Shown one piece after another: positions 49,325-62,100 of a DNA stretch of 64,000 nt. The stretch's first letter is position 1. Every line of letters begins with the position of its first letter. The position numbers and the translations under genes are program-made. Under the pieces are notes generated by a model. That model saw nothing but the letters and a program-made list of their open reading frames with translations, did no database searches and had not been told where the DNA came from. The stretch lies in the NCBI GenBank assembly GCA_016748015.1, contig JAAOMT010000639.1:224880-288879 (forward strand), in the 5' to 3' direction. The stretch is from Geosiphon pyriformis uo1 (taxonomy: Eukaryota > Fungi > Glomeromycota).

Positions 49325-51142
49325 TTTTTTTTTATTTTTTATTTTTTAACGAGTAAGGTCCAAATACTACCTAGAACAATACATCAATGAAATAATCTAA
49401 ACTAGGTGTGAATCATGCACTTAACCACATGTGACCAGCCACTTGAGCCAGTCAGGAGAACACTACATAACTATATTAACAGAAACCATGTCACTAATAC
49501 CCGAAAAAAACAAACAAAATTTGTGAAAGCCAAAAAAGATGTCAAAGGCTTCAGTAACACTAAGCAATTTAACCACACTAAGCGACAACCTCGAAACTGA
49601 ACTAAAAACTGGGATGGGAATTGATCTGTCTGCTGGAATTAGGCCATTCTTTTCCATAAAAACATGCTGCTTGGTACAGACCAACCAAATATCATTCCTA
49701 AAAGCAGAGCATAGAGAGTGCATAAAATCAGTAATTTTAACACCAGCAATCTTGAGATTATGGAAGACAATAACAGCTTCCTGAAGCCATCTATTGAAAA
49801 CAAAACCCTTGTAAAGAGCCGAGAAAACCAGCAAATCCGAAGCACAGGTCAACATAAACTGCAACACAACCAAAGAGGGAAGAGAGAGCCCAGAAAGTGA
49901 CCTCCAAGAAGACATGTAGGATTCCAGAACCTAATGACAAACCAAATCATCAGCTACACAAGAAAACACATGATCAAAAACCTCCATCTCACTACAATAC
50001 AGACATAGAACACTAAGGTAACATTTATCATAAATGCACTTTTGGACAGCCACAAGAAGCTAACAGTGCAAAGCCTTCATAAGATAAGTGCGAGTATCCG
50101 CTGTAAGCCTACTAGTGAAACCAGTGGTCATATGCAAATCAGAATGCCAAACCTTAGAAAAACTGAGCCAATTAACATCTGAATACAAACTACTAGCCAG
50201 AAATCCAGAACTGGAACTGACCTCCCAGTATGCATAACAAACCACATGACAAACATTTTGAACAAAGTGTTTAGAATTACCAGAAACAACACCACCATCT
50301 ACCAACAAAAAGTGTCCATCCACGCAAGGAGGAAGATACCACCCAGATAGAAATGCAGCATCAGTAATGCTATCAGCGTGGTCATTTCCTGAAATGCCAG
50401 AGTGGCTCTTGACTTTGTGCCAACTAACTCTCAAATTTTTACTGTGGATAACATTCCAAATATGCTGATGCTCAACCCAACATTGATTGCGAAAGTCAGG
50501 GCACACCAGGCTTAACTCAGACCTACAAGCATCTAAAGCCATTTGACTATTCGAAAACAAATTAACAGAATGAGCTGCAGACACACACTCCAAAGCCAAC
50601 AATATAGTCTGTAATTCTACTAAAGTAGATGACACTAAACCCTGAACACTGGCACCCAAATCCAAATCAATGTCCTCAAAAAAAACAGCAGCCCCAGCTC
50701 TACAATCAGCTGTGCCCAAATACTTCAAAGAACCATCTATATATACAGACAAACTATTGACATCAACCTGGGAAAGATGACTACAAGCAGTCACAAAATC
50801 ATCAGACTCACAAAAGTTAAGAGGACCAGCACCAACTGAGGCTGAGGAAAACAAATGAGAAGCTGTAAGAAATGCAACAGAAAGATCAAACCATTTAGGA
50901 ACCAGGCCATGAGGGTCCAGTCTCTTCCACTATTTGAAGATGTGCCAACTAAAAACAATACTATGATGATCACAAAGTTGATCCACAAAGGCAATGCCAA
51001 AACGCCGAAGCAAAGATAAAAACTTGAAAAACAAAAACTCGCCAAGAATGACAGACATAAAAACCCTGTTGCGAAACTGAAAAGCACTGGCCAAAGAGCC
51101 ACCCAAAGACAAATTGCAATCAAAAAAAATGCAAACCATACC
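49325..51142 (-). mobile_element. 5'-truncated LINE (RNase H + CCHC + 3' UTR + poly(A))
   Basis: LSVYIDGS, ELQTILLAL, HKVKSHSGISGNDHAD; 3' UTR ending ctcgttaaaa; T-run at 49325-49347. Confidence 0.9.
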
Positions 51143-52705
51143 ATATAATTATTAAAGCAAATTTTATTATAAATATTAATAAATATTTTGCTTTTCTAAA
51201 AATTTAGATTAAATATATAGCTAATTTAATTATTAATATATTTAAAAAATTTAATTAATTTATTATGGTTTTAAAAATTTTGATTTAATTATTATTAAAT
51301 ATTTTTTTTATTTAATTTAATAAATGAAATCTAATTGTTATTTAAGAATATATAATATATATATAATATAAACTAAACATAATTTATGTATTTGTTATAT
51401 ATAATTAGTTATTCAATCTAATTAAGACAATATTATATATTAATTATAATTAATATATTACTATCTAGATTTGAATAGAACAAATATTATAAACATATAC
51501 TAAAATACACAGTTTTATTCTCATTTATATTCAATAATATTACAATTTTATTACACAACTTATTAATACAATTATGTTTATGAGATATTATGTTATTATT
51601 AATTATTAATAAACTACTTTTTTTTAAAACAGTTTTGTATTCTAATTTGTAACACTAAATTAAAAATTTGTAAGCCAAAATTAAATTTCTTATAAAAATT
51701 ATAACATGTCTATTAACCAGTTCAAAATTTTCAAAAGCAGATAGAGCTTTATAATATTATTATATAGATATAAAACTTTTTATTAAAAAGAAGTAAAAAT
51801 TATTATTATATTTACTAATGGACAGATTATATTAAATATTAGAAAAAACAATATTAATATCTACTAAAAACATCTACTACAATTCAAAATCAACTAGAAT
51901 TTTAGCATAAGCAACTTTATTTAAATGATATTTAAAAAAATAATCAGATATTTTAATCTTATTATAAAATATACATAATATATTAAGATATAACATATTA
52001 TATAAATACTTCTTAGTAATAACCAGCAGATACTTATATAAAATTTTTATTAAGCAAATTTGTAAATTAGCCAAAAAGTGACTTATGTATTTAGAAACTA
52101 TATAAATATTAAAATACCATATCTTAAATATTTTTTTCAATTTACTTTTTAAATATTGCAAATTTTAACTACACTTAAACCCAAAATTATTTTTTTATTA
52201 AACATAACACAAAGTTTTATAAAATTTTTTAATATAATACCAAATATTATAAAATAACACTTTGCTATTTAATTTAATAAAAAATTTACAAATTACAGTA
52301 AAAAAAAACCAAATTAGAAACACAAATCTTAGAAATAAACATATTAATATGTTTATTATCTATATTATTAGCATGGTTTTTAACTTTTATTTAAGATACT
52401 AACAAATTTTTTTTTCTTATAAAATTAACAACTTGCTATTGTTCTATCCATAAACAATTTCTAAAATCAGATAAAACCAATTTCAACTTATTTATACAAG
52501 CACATATAGCAGTTTGATTGTTTAAATTAATAATTATTTTACTTTTTATAAAAACACAAATAAAAAAAAACTTCTTTCTCTCCTTCGTCCAAAATTCCCA
52601 AAAAAGAGTCAAAAGTTTTTTCGAAAGAAGTTTTTTACCATTCAGTACGATAAATCAAAACCGTTCTTCGATTACGAGACCACTGTTGGCTCTGTTATTG
52701 CTGTT

Positions 52706-54499
52706 ATGAAAAAGACTGCTAAAGTTTCTGGTTCTGAGAGTGGTTTTAAGACAGTTGCATCAAGAAAAAAGAGGAAGGGAAGTGCGTTGGCAAAGGGTGT
52801 TGATAATGGAGGGGTTGCTGCAGGAGTTTTTGGTGTTTGTTTATGGGGTTTAGAGACTGGGGACACTACTGAGTCTGAAAGTGTTGATATGGAAGAGGAG
52901 TGTCTGGTGGAGGAAACCAGCTTTGATTATGGTGAAGGTGGAGCTCTGGCTGGTGGGGATTATGATCAGACGCCTACAGGTTCGAAGGTTAAAACCAAAA
53001 AGGCATTGGGCAAGTCATTGGGAAAGATTGACTTCTCAAAAGTTGGTAGTGATGATGGTGTTCTCTCAGATGCTTCTCTTGAGCTTCCTCCTTCTATGAA
53101 AAATTTGGTCAATGTTCCAGTCAAGAAGTCATTTGCGTTGGATATTGACTTGGATAAAGTGGCTGGCAAATTTTCTCAGGAAAAGCTTGTGGTGGTGAGG
53201 AAATTATTTTCTGGAATCAATGGTTTTGGGGGGGCATCTACCCCCTCAAAATTCTCAGAGATCATTAGAGCGACATTCACTTCCGAATCGGGTCTAATGA
53301 AGGCCACTGAAAAGGCTACTGGTGTGAATATTATGGTAAACACTGATCTTAAGAGATCATCTGGGCAATCAGATTGGGCTGTGGTCGTGAAAAAAATTCC
53401 AATTGGAACATTGGCTGAGGCTGTGCGTGCTGTGCTATCTGAGTTTGGAATTATTAAGGCGATCAAGATGCAGTTAATCAGGCTGTGACAGAAAGCAATA
53501 GTGGAATTTGAATGATCGGATCAGGCTGATTTGGTTGCAGCTAAGTGGTCTATCTTAATTGGGAAAGATGCTGTACATGTGGCTAGGGCTGATTCAGACA
53601 AGGAAGCGTGGGATGTAAGAGACCAACATAAGGCACTACTCTACACATTGCCGATGGAGACCACTGCTCATGATATCTGAGACTTTGTTAGATCTGTGGG
53701 TGGGAAAACGTGCATTATTGATCGTCATTCTGTTACGTATGCTCAGGCCAGGTGTGCTGTTGTTTGTTTCGACTCTGCTGAGTCATTGGATGCTGCTGTG
53801 AGAACCACACCAGTATTCAGGAACACCAATCTCCGCTGGTCTCGCCTCATTTCTGCTAAATGCGCCAGGTGTGAGAAATTGGGTCACACATCATTGGGTT
53901 GTGCAGTTGGTGAGAAATTATCTTCTGGTAGTTCACTGCGTAGGGTTTTCTCGGATGCGGATAAAAGCAGACTAGCAACCATCTATGCCAAACGCTTAGC
54001 TCCAGTTGTCCGTCCGGTCTTTTTTGGTGGTCTCTCTTGGGCAAAGGTTGCTTACAGGTGCTTTTCGCCCCCCCTCTCTGGTCAAAACATTGTGGTGAAT
54101 AATGGCTCCTCTTTGGAGATGAAACTGTCCCAACCGGTTGTGATGGAAGTCAATGATAGGTTCACTGCTCTTGAGTGCAGTCTTGCCAGCCTCGCGGAGC
54201 AAGTTGGTAAGCTGGCTAAAAAGTTGAATGCACTCGGGCCAATGGTTCCCCAGCCTAGTCCTGGATGTCAGCCATTGGTGACCCTTTCATCACAGAATCA
54301 AGGGGCAGATGTAGTAATAAGTGAGGGTTCAGGTGTGTCCACTGGTGGTGGGAATGTCACGGGAGCAGTGTTTTTTGATGTGTTTTCAGTGTTCAAGCTG
54401 GAAGATGGCATGAAGTGTCTAATGGAGACGGTTCTGGGCCTTTCAGCCAAAGTGGATAGTATGGATGCACTTTTGGTGTCTCTACCCATCACTCAATGA
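52706..54499 (+). pseudogene. LINE ORF1p (598 codons)
   Basis: One frame with TGA stops; VVVKKIPIG, knuckle CARCEKLGHTSLGC, coiled-coil-like tail. Confidence 0.9.
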
Positions 54500-57400
54500 G
54501 CAGTTTAGTTTGGAAAGTTACTATGTGCAACGTCAGGGGCATGAATAATCCTGCTAAGCAAAAAGACATTATTAGGTGGCATAAGGAAATGAACAATTTG
54601 GTCTCTATCGTTACTGAAACAAAATTAAAAGGTAAGATTCATTCGTAGATTGCAGACAAGTTTGATGGTGTCCGAGTGTTCTCTTCTGGTTTAGACTTCG
54701 GTCACTTGGGTGCAGGTGTTGCTGTTATCATGGACATTTCTCTGGCTCGTCATGTGTGCAAGGTTTCTGAGGTGCCTGGTCAGCTTCTTTCCATTAAATT
54801 ACTTTTCAAGAGTAAACTTTCTGTGTCAATTTTGGGGCTTTATGCTGGTGCTTCTTCGGTGGTTCAGTTCTCTCAGGCTGGTGAAATCAATTCTTTTATT
54901 GTGAAGGCTGTCAACAAATCTTCTTTCATCATTCTCGGTGGTGATTTTAATGAAGATGGCTCTCATAAAAGTGCAAGTTTCAAAAGATGCTTTGATTTGG
55001 GTTTGGTCAATTCTTTAGTTGGTAGCCCGGCTGTAAAAATGCCCACTTGGAAAAATTCTAGGGGTGTTAAGAAAACAATTGATTATGTGTTTGTCTTCTC
55101 AAGTCTTGTCAATGCAATAGTGCATCATGAAGTTTTGAGTGTCAGTGAGCATTTTGACATGGACCATCAAGCTGTTTCAGTGGATTTGGGTTTGGGCAGG
55201 CTCTTGGATATGCGTTTGAATTCTCTTCGCAAGCAAGCGAATAAAGACTATTGGAAATTTGATGTCAAAAGTGCCAATAAAACTAAGTGGTTGGAGTTCA
55301 GGGATGCCTCAGCTGCTAATGTCTCTATGTTCTCGGATGCTTTTGGTGTGGCAGTAAGATTTTCAGATGTGGACGCTATGTGGGATATTGTTCGCAAGAT
55401 TATGGTTCTTTTGGCAGGTGGTACATTTAAGAAAAAATGGTTCAAAGGTTTTGATGGTGTGTTTACCAAGACTTTTTCTAGGTTTCACAAGCTGGAGCTG
55501 CTGGTTTCTAAGTTGGTCAAGGCTTCACGTTTGGCTTCTAGTGATGGTTTTGCTTCTTTGTTGGAGGTGTGGCACAAATTCGACTCTCTTGGTACATCAG
55601 TGGTTAAGTCTCTGTTTCTTTCAGGTTCTAATTTTGATCTTATTCGTTCTGCGCTGGCCAAAGCAAAAAAATCATACCACTCATTCAAATTTGTGGAATC
55701 CAAGCGCGCCGAGGAATCCTCAATCAAGCAGGCTATTAGTAAGAGGATGGAGAGTTTTGAGCTGAACAAGAGTCACACCATTAGGAGTGTTTTGGAGCAT
55801 CCTTTTTGCAAGGTGGTCCTGGATTATTTGGTTGTAAAAGATGAGTTGATTTTAGAACCTGTTTTGGTTAAGTCTAAGGTGGACAAAATTATGGAGGGAT
55901 GGACCAGAAAACGTGAGGTGGTGTCTGACTTGTCTGAGGATTGGGCTTATTAATATTGGCCTCTGGATTACGTGTTCGATGGTGCTTTCTCTGATGTCAT
56001 GTGTTCGATTAGTTTTGATGAGTTGTCATTTGTTGTCAAGGATCTTCCTGATGGAAAAGCGGCTGGTCTTTCTGGTATCTCCAACGAATTATGGAAACAT
56101 TGTGACAAATCTGTTTTGGATATGTTTTTGGTGCTCTTGAATTTCTGTTTGGTTGGCGAGTTGGTTCCTGGGCCTTAAAGAGAAGCTTGGGTTTCGATGA
56201 TTCCTAAACTGTATGAATGGGAGGGAGTTCTCACGAACACCCATCCTATAGCTTTAATTGAAACGGCCCACAAGATTCTCTCCAAGATCCTTTTAGATAG
56301 GATCTCTCTGGCTTGCAGCACTTTTGATGTTCTTCGTGAGAACAATTTTTCAGTTTTGAAGGGTACGATGATGCAATCTCCCATTTTTGCTATCGGTTCT
56401 GTGGTTGAGAATGCCTTGGAAAAGAACCGTGAACTTTGGCTGGTTTTATAGAACATGCGCAAGGCTTATGACTTGGTTGGTTGAGAACATCTTAGGAGGA
56501 GTCTAGTCAGGATCAAAATGTGTAACAAGTTTATTAGATTTTTTGGCAGTATTCACAATGGTCGTATCAACAGAGTGATGACTGACTTTGGCTTGACTGA
56601 TGGGTATTGTGTTCACGATGGGCTGGATTAGGGTGAAGTCTTCTTACCTCTTCTCTGGCGTATTTTTTATGATTCACTTTTGTGTGAGGTCAAGAGACAA
56701 GATAGTGTGTATGGCTATAAGTTGAATTCTCATTTCATATCAAGAACTGGCCGGGTGGATCCTCAAGCTGGGCTGTCTTCGTTTCTTGCTGCCAGCGCTT
56801 TTGTTGATGATACTATTTGGGTTGGTAGCAGCCAGGCTGCTACACAACGCATCCTTGATGTTGCTAATAAGTTTTTTAGGTTTAATGATATTTCTGTAAA
56901 CAATGACAAGACGGTGGCCATCCCCATCAATTGCCGGGTGCTGGATTCTCATTTAACTATCAGTAGTGCACCTATTTCCATTGTCAAGAGAGGGGAATCT
57001 CATCGCTATTTGGGTATTTTTTTGTCTTCTGAGGGTCTTTCGAAGCCTAGCTTGGCTAAAGCTCAGGCTGATGTACAGTTTTTTGTGAATCTTGTTTTGA
57101 GAAAGGCGATTTCGGACAAACAGTGTACATATTTGGTGTCTGTAGTTCTTTTCCCTATCATCAACTACAGGACTCAGTTCAGTTTTGTTTCTGTTGGTGT
57201 TTGTAGTAAATGGGATGCTTTGGTACGCAAGGTCTTAAAATCCAAGTCTGGATTGTCACGTGATTTCCCCAGTGATGCACTTCATCACCCCTCTTTGTAC
57301 AATTTAAAAACTTTCGAACAGATCTAGGCTGAGAGTAAATTGGCCTCCGTTGTTGCTTTTGCAAATTCTACTGGTGTCTTGGATCACTTGTTTTCTCATA

Positions 57401-59184
57401 GGTCTCATGACCTCCAGGTTCTCAGCTGGTGTCCTCATCATCCCTTGCTGTTTCCGGCTCGTGTTGGTATCAGTCCCTCGGATAATTTTTTGGCGGGTGT
57501 GGTTCGCATTTTTTTTGGGTGTGATTTGTCTTTGGATGGTCCTCTAGTTTGTGCTTTTCATTGTCGGTGCAGTACTCCTATGTCTTTGGTTTTTGGTGAA
57601 TCCTGTTTTTTCAAGTACATCTCTTCGCTCAGGCATTATGGGATTGCTTTCGTGGAACAGCTTCGTGATCGTAATGGTGATGTTTTCAGTTGGGGGACTT
57701 TTAAGCATTGGAAGAGGCTGGACCCTTGTGGCCCCGTCTCTTTCTGGTTTAAACTTTCCGTTTGCTTTCTTAGTAGCGTTGTGCCTCTCTTCTCAAGTTC
57801 TTCTTTGGTGGATGATTATGCTGTGTCTGATGTTTGTCTTTCTCATGATTTTGGTGTGATTTGTAACACTTTGCCGACCATTGATGCTGCCCACCTTTCT
57901 GTGTATACGGATGAATCTTTTTCTGGTCTGGGCATTGTTGACATGAGAGCAGGTGCTGCCGTTTTTTTTGAGGACATTGACTTGGGTTTGGGTGTTGGGG
58001 TGTCTGGTTTGGTTTCTTCTACTCTGACAGAACTGCAAGCCATAACTTTGGCCCTTGAGTGTGTTCCTTTTTCTCATTTGATTGACTTGTTTTCGGATAG
58101 CCAGGCTGCTTTGGATGCATGTAGATCAGAGTCTTCGCTGGTTTGTCCAGATTTTAGGAACTGCTGTTGGATCGAGTGTTGTCACATTGCCACCGTCATT
58201 CATCAAAAGAATTTGGATGTGAATTGGGTTAAGGTGAAAGGTCATTCAGGTGTTTCAGGCAACGAGCGTGCTAATGCGCTTGCCAAAGATGCTGCTCTCT
58301 CTGCTTGGCGCCTACCTCATTTAGTCAGTGAACGTTTTCTTTGTGCTGGTGGTACGGCAGTTTCTGGTAATTCTAGACACTTTGTTCATGATGTTTTCCA
58401 GTCAGTTCACCAAGCTCATTGGGAGATTGGAGTGGGTTTTCATGTTGTGGATGATAGTTTGCATGCTGATATTAATTGGTCTAAGTTTTCTATGGTGTGG
58501 CACCCCAATTCTCACTTGGCATCTGGTTTTACCAGCATGTGCATGGCAGGCTGTCGTACTTACTTTATGAAGGCTCTCCATCATCGGCTTCCTGTTGCTG
58601 TGCACAAGTGTTTATATGATAGGAGATATCCCAGTGTGGTCTGTCTGTTTTGTGGTGACGTTGAGACCTCGGATCATGTCTTTTCGTGTCCTCAGAATGT
58701 CGTTGACCATGCTCATTTGTTAGGCGCTCATGCTTCAGCTTGGGAGGCTCTTTCTGGTCTTTCTCGCTCTTCTTCATGTGTCTTACAGGCCTTGACTTCT
58801 TGTGTTTCTGAGGTTGGAGTTGGTGTTGCTCTGTGTAAGAGCTTTGTTTTCGATGAATGGTTTCGTGAGTCTGTTTTAGTCTTTAAAGATTCTAAGGAGG
58901 GTGCTAAAAGAGTTGTGAGCTTTGTGCGTGAATTTTGTCTAACTTTTTGGGATGATGTTTGGTTGGTCCGGGCCAGACATCGAGCGTTTATGGAAAAGCA
59001 CGGTTTGATTTCACATAATGGCTCCACTCCTGCTTCAGTTTTTGGTTTGCCTATGGTGTTTTCGGCTGGTGTGGTCAGATTGCTAAGGGTGGCTAAGGCT
59101 TTTGGAGTTGGTTTCGGGCTTCGTAAGTTTTGTCCATTTTTTTTAGGTATTGGGGATCTAGTTTCTGTGCATATAGGTGTATAG
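54496..59184 (+). pseudogene. LINE ORF2p: AP endonuclease, RT, RNase H, CCHC (1563 codons)
   Basis: CNVRG, TETKL, GGDFN, TIDYVF, DHQAV; RT AFVDDTIW; RNase H VYTDES/ELQAI/SDSQ/VKGHSGVSGNERAN; CLFCGDVETSDHVFSC; several nonsense codons but no frameshift. Confidence 0.95.
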
Positions 59185-62100
59185 TGTAGTCCTGACTGGC
59201 CCAAGTGGCTGGTCACGTGTAGAAAGCACATGATTCCCACCTAGTTTAGATTATTTGTATGATGTATAGCACTAGGTCACGTTTGGACCTCACTCGTTAA
59301 AATGTAAAAAAAAAAAAAAAAAACACAAATAAGTGCCAGAAAAATAGCTTTGATTTTAGTCAAAGTTTATAATATAATACTATATATTTTAACTTTAATA
59401 TTAAAATTAGCATCTAAAAAAAGCAACAGTCTTTTAAACTACTAAAGTCAAACCAAAATTCTTAATAAACTTATTTGTATAAATATTGAACACATCTAAA
59501 CCAGAATTTAATAATACTTCTTTTGTATAACCAATTAAATTACTACTATTAATACCAAATAAACATATACTACTCAGTTAAAATTAATTCCAAGCAGTAA
59601 TTATTTTATTTTTGAAAATTAGATAGTTAATTAAACTACTTAGGAACAAAGCTTCTTAGATCCAAATGTTTTTAATACTTAAAACACTTTTAATTAAAAC
59701 AGCATCTTTTTTTATCTAGCAATTGTTCTATAAAAACAACACTAAAACACTTCAAAAATTAGACAACATCAAAAAAAGTCGCATTTTTAAGAACATTAAA
59801 CATTAGTATCTTACCAGAAAAGTAAAAAATGTTTAATAGAACAGCAAAAAAAGACAATTTATAAAAAGAAAAAATTCTTACATTTTTAACTAAAAAGTTA
59901 TTTTTGAGATTAATGTTTAATTTTACAAAGTAACATAAAAGATATATTAATAATTATTCAGAAATCTGCAAATTCAAACAACAGTAAACAAAAAAACGTT
60001 CTAAAATATTAATAGTATTTGTAAAACTTATTATTAAAGACATTTACTCTTTGGTCTATATTTGTTTAAAGCTCTTTAAGTCATAGAGAAATAAATATTA
60101 CAAGACATTAATAAAAAATCATGTAAAAAATTCATCTTAATTTTTAAGTTCTTTTTAACCAATACATTTTACTTAAAGCAAATATTATTAAAAACAAAAC
60201 TAAACTGTATTTTATATTCAATAATAAACTATAAAACTAATAAAACCAAATAACAAAACTATTTATCAAAAATAGCTTTATGTAATATTATATTTAAAAA
60301 AAATTTAATATCTAATTGTGTTTTAATCAAACTAGATACAAAAGCTTTTTAGTTAAAAAAAAATACCCAAATAATAATAAGATTTGCTCTTTTTAACCAT
60401 AGTAATTGGTAAGTTATTAATAAACAAAAAAGTTTTTTTAACTCTTTAGTTAATAAAAATAGCCATATTCTTATTATTATTAATAGAAATATTATTGAAA
60501 TTAAAAAACTTATTTGTTATATTCAAAATATATTGTGTTGTAAATAAACTATTACTTACCCAAATTGTATTATCTATAAAAACATTAGCAGCAAAATAAA
60601 AAAACATTAGTTTAGACTTTTATTTAGTTTAAATTAGCCACAAATTTAAAATTTATTCTGTATTTATACAAATGTTTATGCCTTTTAACTTTACACAAAA
60701 AAGAATTATAAAAAATTCTTTAGAGCAAAAGAAAAAATACTTTATCTTAATTCAATCTATTATATATAATATAATTATTAAAAAATCCAAAATCTGTTAT
60801 TATCTAATTGATTTGATTTTTATAAATACTTTTAAAAAAACCAATAAAGTATGAACACATTTTAATCCTAATTATACAGTTATAAAAATATTATTAGTTA
60901 ATAGAATTATAAATCTTGTACATGTTATATAAAACCAGTTATAGCTTCCTATTTTTTTTAAGACATTCTTTACAATAAAACTAATAGCAAAAACCACAGT
61001 CTGTATAGATATTTTTTTCAAAACTAAGAAATTATTTTTACAAAGAACATTAAAATTGTTGCAAGTAAAAAATATTTGGTCCAAACAAAATTTTTTTAAC
61101 TGTTTTAATTAATGTAATAAATTTAATGTTTATTAGTATTTTATTTTAATTCTATGGCTTTGAAATCATAAAAATCCAAGTTTTTTTTCAAAAAACAGGC
61201 ATTAAACCAAAAACTAAGCATAAATTCAAAACAACCAAAAGACAATACAGCACTTTATCATTATAATGTTTTTAAAACTTATTAAAAATATTAAACAATC
61301 TAACAGCCTTGTTATTTGGCAAATTTTCAATTATTCAAACCAATTTTTTTATACTAATTTTATTTATAATACTAGAAAAACATTATTTTTTATATAGTTT
61401 AGCAGAAAGTATTAATAAAACTAAAATTCAGATATTATTTTAGAGATTTTATATTTTTTAGTTTAATCTTTTATAATATTATTTATATTAAATTTAATTT
61501 TACCAGATTTTAAAACCAGTTTTTCATTAATTACTAAATAATACAAAACAATTTTTTTAAAGAAACACTCTAATACATTTCTAATTATTTGGTCTTTGTT
61601 TGTGCAAAAAATTTTCATATGTTTTTTAATTGTTTTTTAATTTTTACTACTTTAATGATCTCAGATCTTTAAAGCTTAACAGTACAATAATTCTTTCTGG
61701 TATTTAACAGATGTTAAGCAATTTTTTAATTTTATTGCAGATCTGCCTAAAAAAAATTTTCGTAGCACCAAATTCGTTAAATCTAAACCAAACTTGAACA
61801 AGATTATTAAATCCAACAGTATTATTTGAAGCAAAAGACTTAAAGATATTGAAAACCAAAATTTTTAACTTATAAAACCTAAATAATTGCTTGTTTTTTG
61901 ATATATTAATTTTATTAAACTAATACTTAAAAAACATTTCTTTTGCCAACTTTGCTATTACAATTTTAAGAAACTTTTATATTAAGTTTAGATACTTTAT
62001 TTTTTTTGTCTTTTAAAAATTTTCCAATATTAAAAACATTTATAAAGATGAAATATTTTTAAAATAGGTTTATTTTTTTTACCAGTTTTTTTAAACCCAA

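Larger units (their letters stand above)
52564..59318 (+). mobile_element. Full-length LINE (copy E), 6.75 kb, least decayed element in the window
   Basis: 5' UTR, ORF1, ORF2, 3' UTR and poly(A); 14-bp TSD aaaaacacaaataa (52550-52563 / 59319-59332). Confidence 0.96.

Noticed and set aside
52672-59240. Numerous antisense and alternate-frame ORFs over the LINEs
   Set aside because: Shadow ORFs of TE coding sequence with no independent motifs.
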